A stretch of DNA of 28,297 nt, taken from IMG/VR virus record IMGVR_UViG_3300033995_001128, positions 1 to 28,297 of that record, one strand, 5' to 3'. A program made the position numbers and the translations under genes. Of the stretch, positions 25,474 to 28,297 are shown piece by piece (position 1 is the stretch's first letter; every line of letters begins with the position of its first letter). The notes under the pieces are model-generated. The model was not told where the DNA came from and did no database searches. It saw only the letters and a program-made list of their open reading frames with translations. This DNA is from a virus (taxonomy: Duplodnaviria > Caudoviricetes).

Positions 25474-26772
25474 ATGCCGAATTTAGTTACCAACCAATTT
25501 AAAATCGTAAATGCGAAAAATTTTATTGCTCAGTTTGCTGACTCTAATAATTCTTTGTATTTGTTTTTAGCTAAACCTAGTATTTGGTCAACTGAATCAG
25601 AGTTACCAAATGACCCCGTAGATACGCAGTCGTCCTATTTTAATACTTGGGACGAAATGATTAGCTTAAAAAAGATAAATCCGGTAAATATAGTTTCGGT
25701 AGTTAAACGAATAAATTGGGTGAGAAACAGTGTTTATGCTGAATATTCCCATGATGACGCAAATCTATATCTTAAAAATTACTATGTAATTAATAGAGAG
25801 TATGATGTATATAAATGTATAGATAATGCTAAAGAAACAGAATCAACAATTGAACCTACTGGAAAAAGTTTAAATATTTTTAGTACTTCAGATGGTTATA
25901 AATGGAAGTATTTGTACACAGTATCAACATCTGATAGATTAAAGTTTTTAACTGATAATTGGATGCCGGTTAGACTCAATGAAGATGTGGCAGCAGTTGC
26001 TAAAGATGGGGCAATTGAAAACATTAAAATAATTAACGGCGGCATAGATTATTCGATTCGGGCAAATGTTATTATTACGGGCGATGGTATTGGTGCTAAT
26101 ATTACCGCAAGACAAAGTTTAGGCGTAATATACGATTTTAACTATATTAATACTGGAACAAGATATCGGTTTGCTAAAGCTGTTTTATCTGATAGTAATA
26201 GTAACGGCAGAAGTGCAAATATAAAAGCTATATTAAGTCCATTAGGTGGGCACGGGTCAGACCCAATTTCAGAACTTAATTCTAATTATATTATGATTAA
26301 TGTTCGCACAACGTATAACGAAGGTTATGGAGATTTTCCTGCAGGATTTTCATACAGAAAATTAGGTATTATAAGAAATCCAAAAGATATAACAGGAAAT
26401 GTTGCATCTAGCTCTACTTTAAGTTCTTTAAACGGTTTGTCGTTAACAAACAGCAATGGAACTTTTTTAAATAATGAATTTATAGAAGGACTTGTATCTG
26501 GCGCAAATGCGTATGTAGTAACTGCAAATATCGTAACCGGCAATGGATATATAAAACATATTCAGTCGAATGATTTAACATATAATTTTAAAAATTTCAC
26601 AATAGGTGAACAGATAGTAGGAATGGTCTCAGGCGCCACCGCTACCGTTTCTAATACTTTATTAGCAGAAGTAATATCGGATACTGGAGAAATTCTTTAC
26701 ATTGAAAATAAATATCCAATTACTAAGTTACCCGATCAAACAGATAGTTTACATCTTGTATTAGAATTTTAA
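25474..26772 (+). CDS. T4 gp8-like baseplate wedge subunit
   Basis: LVTNQFKI.NAKNF, YLFLAKP..W, RINW.....Y, YYV.N..YDVYKCIDN, DGYKWKYLYT, P.GGHGSD...EL, GEILYIEN...LVLEF. Confidence 0.92.
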   Translation: MPNLVTNQFKIVNAKNFIAQFADSNNSLYLFLAKPSIWSTESELPNDPVDTQSSYFNTWDEMISLKKINPVNIVSVVKRINWVRNSVYAEYSHDDANLYLKNYYVINREYDVYKCIDNAKETESTIEPTGKSLNIFSTSDGYKWKYLYTVSTSDRLKFLTDNWMPVRLNEDVAAVAKDGAIENIKIINGGIDYSIRANVIITGDGIGANITARQSLGVIYDFNYINTGTRYRFAKAVLSDSNSNGRSANIKAILSPLGGHGSDPISELNSNYIMINVRTTYNEGYGDFPAGFSYRKLGIIRNPKDITGNVASSSTLSSLNGLSLTNSNGTFLNNEFIEGLVSGANAYVVTANIVTGNGYIKHIQSNDLTYNFKNFTIGEQIVGMVSGATATVSNTLLAEVISDTGEILYIENKYPITKLPDQTDSLHLVLEF

Positions 26773-26781
26773 GGAAAAACC

Positions 26782-28297
26782 ATGGCAGTAAATACTTCAG
26801 TTTCCCCATATTTTGACGATTTTGACGAAACCAAAAATTATGTCAAAATATTATTTAAACCCGGATTTGCCGTTCAAGCAAGAGAACTTACTCAAACGCA
26901 ATCTATACTGCAGAATCAAGTAAAGGCTGTAGGTAATTTTTTATTCTCAGATGGGGCAAAAGTTCGAGGACCGAAACCGTCGGTAAATGAAAACTCTCGA
27001 ACAATTAAATTAAAAACTACAGATGCGTTGGGTACGCCTATTAACTTGCAAAGTTTATTAGGTACATATGTTACCTCAGCGGATTCTGAAGTTTTGGGGT
27101 TAGTAGAATTTGTGTATGAGGCAGATGATCCTAATATAGGTGATCCTCCAAGTATAGTTATATCTTTAAAAAGATACAATACTTCTAATGCGGGGGTGTT
27201 TGCCCAAGATACACAATTAAATTTTTATTTAGATTATACAGAGGCACTAAACAAATATACTGCTAATTATACCGCATTAACCGCAACAGATATTACAAAG
27301 AATGCGATTTGTAGCGTTACGGAATATTCTACATTTGTGACATTAGATAATCCTAGCACAATTATAGAAATAGGAGATCTGTTAGTTCATCCTAATATTT
27401 CAAAATTAATATACGTTACAAATGTTGTGGGTAGTCAAACATTAGAAGTAAGTGAGCCCCCGGGCACTTCTTTTGGCAGTCAAAATATTTCGTTTGTCAA
27501 TAAGGCAACAAATCCTACTACAATTTTTACACAAGATACCGCAGTATTTTATAAAGCTGGATATTTTATTACATGCGTAAATCAAAAAATAGTACCGGAT
27601 AAAAGAACTGCATATCCAACTAAGTTGATTGCATTTTTATCAGATCAACAAATTATTACAAGTGACGATGATCCTAGTTTATTAGATCCTGCATTGGAAA
27701 GTTCCAATTACTTTGCAGCTGGTGCTGATAGATTAAAAATTGATTTGAATTTAGCATCTTTAGACTTAGTAAATACTACAGAAGAAGACAAAAATTTAAT
27801 ACCGTTATTGGTTTTCAATAAAGGCAAAATTGAATATAATGTAGAACTTTCCAATGATGCAGAATTGGATAAAAAGTTAGCCGAAAGAACATATGACGAA
27901 TCGGGTAGTTATGTTGTAGATCAATTTCAAATATCTGCAGATAATACATTAGAAGCAAACGTAGATATGAGATTTAAAATATCTCCGGGCAAAGCTTATG
28001 TCGGCGGGTACCAAGTTAAAACAGTTGATAGTACAGAAATTCTTGTACCTAAGCCCGGAGCAACTGAGACTAAATTGGGATTTAATGTTAATACTTCATA
28101 CGGAAATTACTTTAGAGTAAACGGTTTAAGTAAAAAAATTATTTCTCCGTCGGATTTAGTTGCAAGCTCATTATTTTTAGAATTACATAATGTAGAAAAT
28201 CCTACGTCAAGTGCTACTTTGGTTGGTACGATAACTTATAAAAATATAGAATATGATAGCTATATTGATTCTGTTACGGGAACTGTATTAAAATTAT
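26782..28297 (+). CDS. Large virion structural protein, DUF4815/VrlC-like (3'-truncated by window)
   Basis: AAGGA RBS; MAVNTSVSPYFDDFDETKNYVKILFKPGFAVQARELTQTQSILQNQ; later LLDPA..SSNYFAAGADRLKI, LAERTYDESGSY.V, ISPGKAYVGGY. Missing from the track because it has no stop in the window. Confidence 0.88.
   Translation, partial: MAVNTSVSPYFDDFDETKNYVKILFKPGFAVQARELTQTQSILQNQVKAVGNFLFSDGAKVRGPKPSVNENSRTIKLKTTDALGTPINLQSLLGTYVTSADSEVLGLVEFVYEADDPNIGDPPSIVISLKRYNTSNAGVFAQDTQLNFYLDYTEALNKYTANYTALTATDITKNAICSVTEYSTFVTLDNPSTIIEIGDLLVHPNISKLIYVTNVVGSQTLEVSEPPGTSFGSQNISFVNKATNPTTIFTQDTAVFYKAGYFITCVNQKIVPDKRTAYPTKLIAFLSDQQIITSDDDPSLLDPALESSNYFAAGADRLKIDLNLASLDLVNTTEEDKNLIPLLVFNKGKIEYNVELSNDAELDKKLAERTYDESGSYVVDQFQISADNTLEANVDMRFKISPGKAYVGGYQVKTVDSTEILVPKPGATETKLGFNVNTSYGNYFRVNGLSKKIISPSDLVASSLFLELHNVENPTSSATLVGTITYKNIEYDSYIDSVTGTVLKL

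Overview
AT-rich segment of a T4-like myovirus genome, probably an aquatic phage of a non-cyanobacterial proteobacterial host (inferred from the PstS and porin types). The left part (1-10.5 kb, + strand) is an accessory and replication block: pstS (truncated by the window), an OprO/OprP-type phosphate porin, an FmdB zinc ribbon, phoH, two 2OG-Fe(II) oxygenases, a GH19 endolysin, a MazG-like pyrophosphatase, a PD-(D/E)XK exonuclease, two unlisted small ORFs, a circularly permuted (two-piece) tmRNA gene with tag ANDNSYRMVA, a heme oxygenase plus a PcyX/PcyA-like bilin reductase, then gp33-gp59-gp32. The right part is the tail/baseplate module: on the - strand gp4, gp2, gp54, gp26, gp51 and a tape-measure-like gene; on the + strand gp48, gp53, gp27-like, gp5, gp25, gp6, a split gp7, gp8 and a DUF4815-like gene running off the end. 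The most notable observations are (1) the permuted phage tmRNA with a non-canonical degradation tag, (2) a candidate programmed -1 frameshift fusing gp26 to gp51 just upstream of the tape-measure-like gene, resembling the lambda G/GT arrangement, and (3) a bilin-synthesis cassette whose reductase has mixed PcyA/PcyX active-site residues. All family calls come from motif recognition by eye; no database searches were run.
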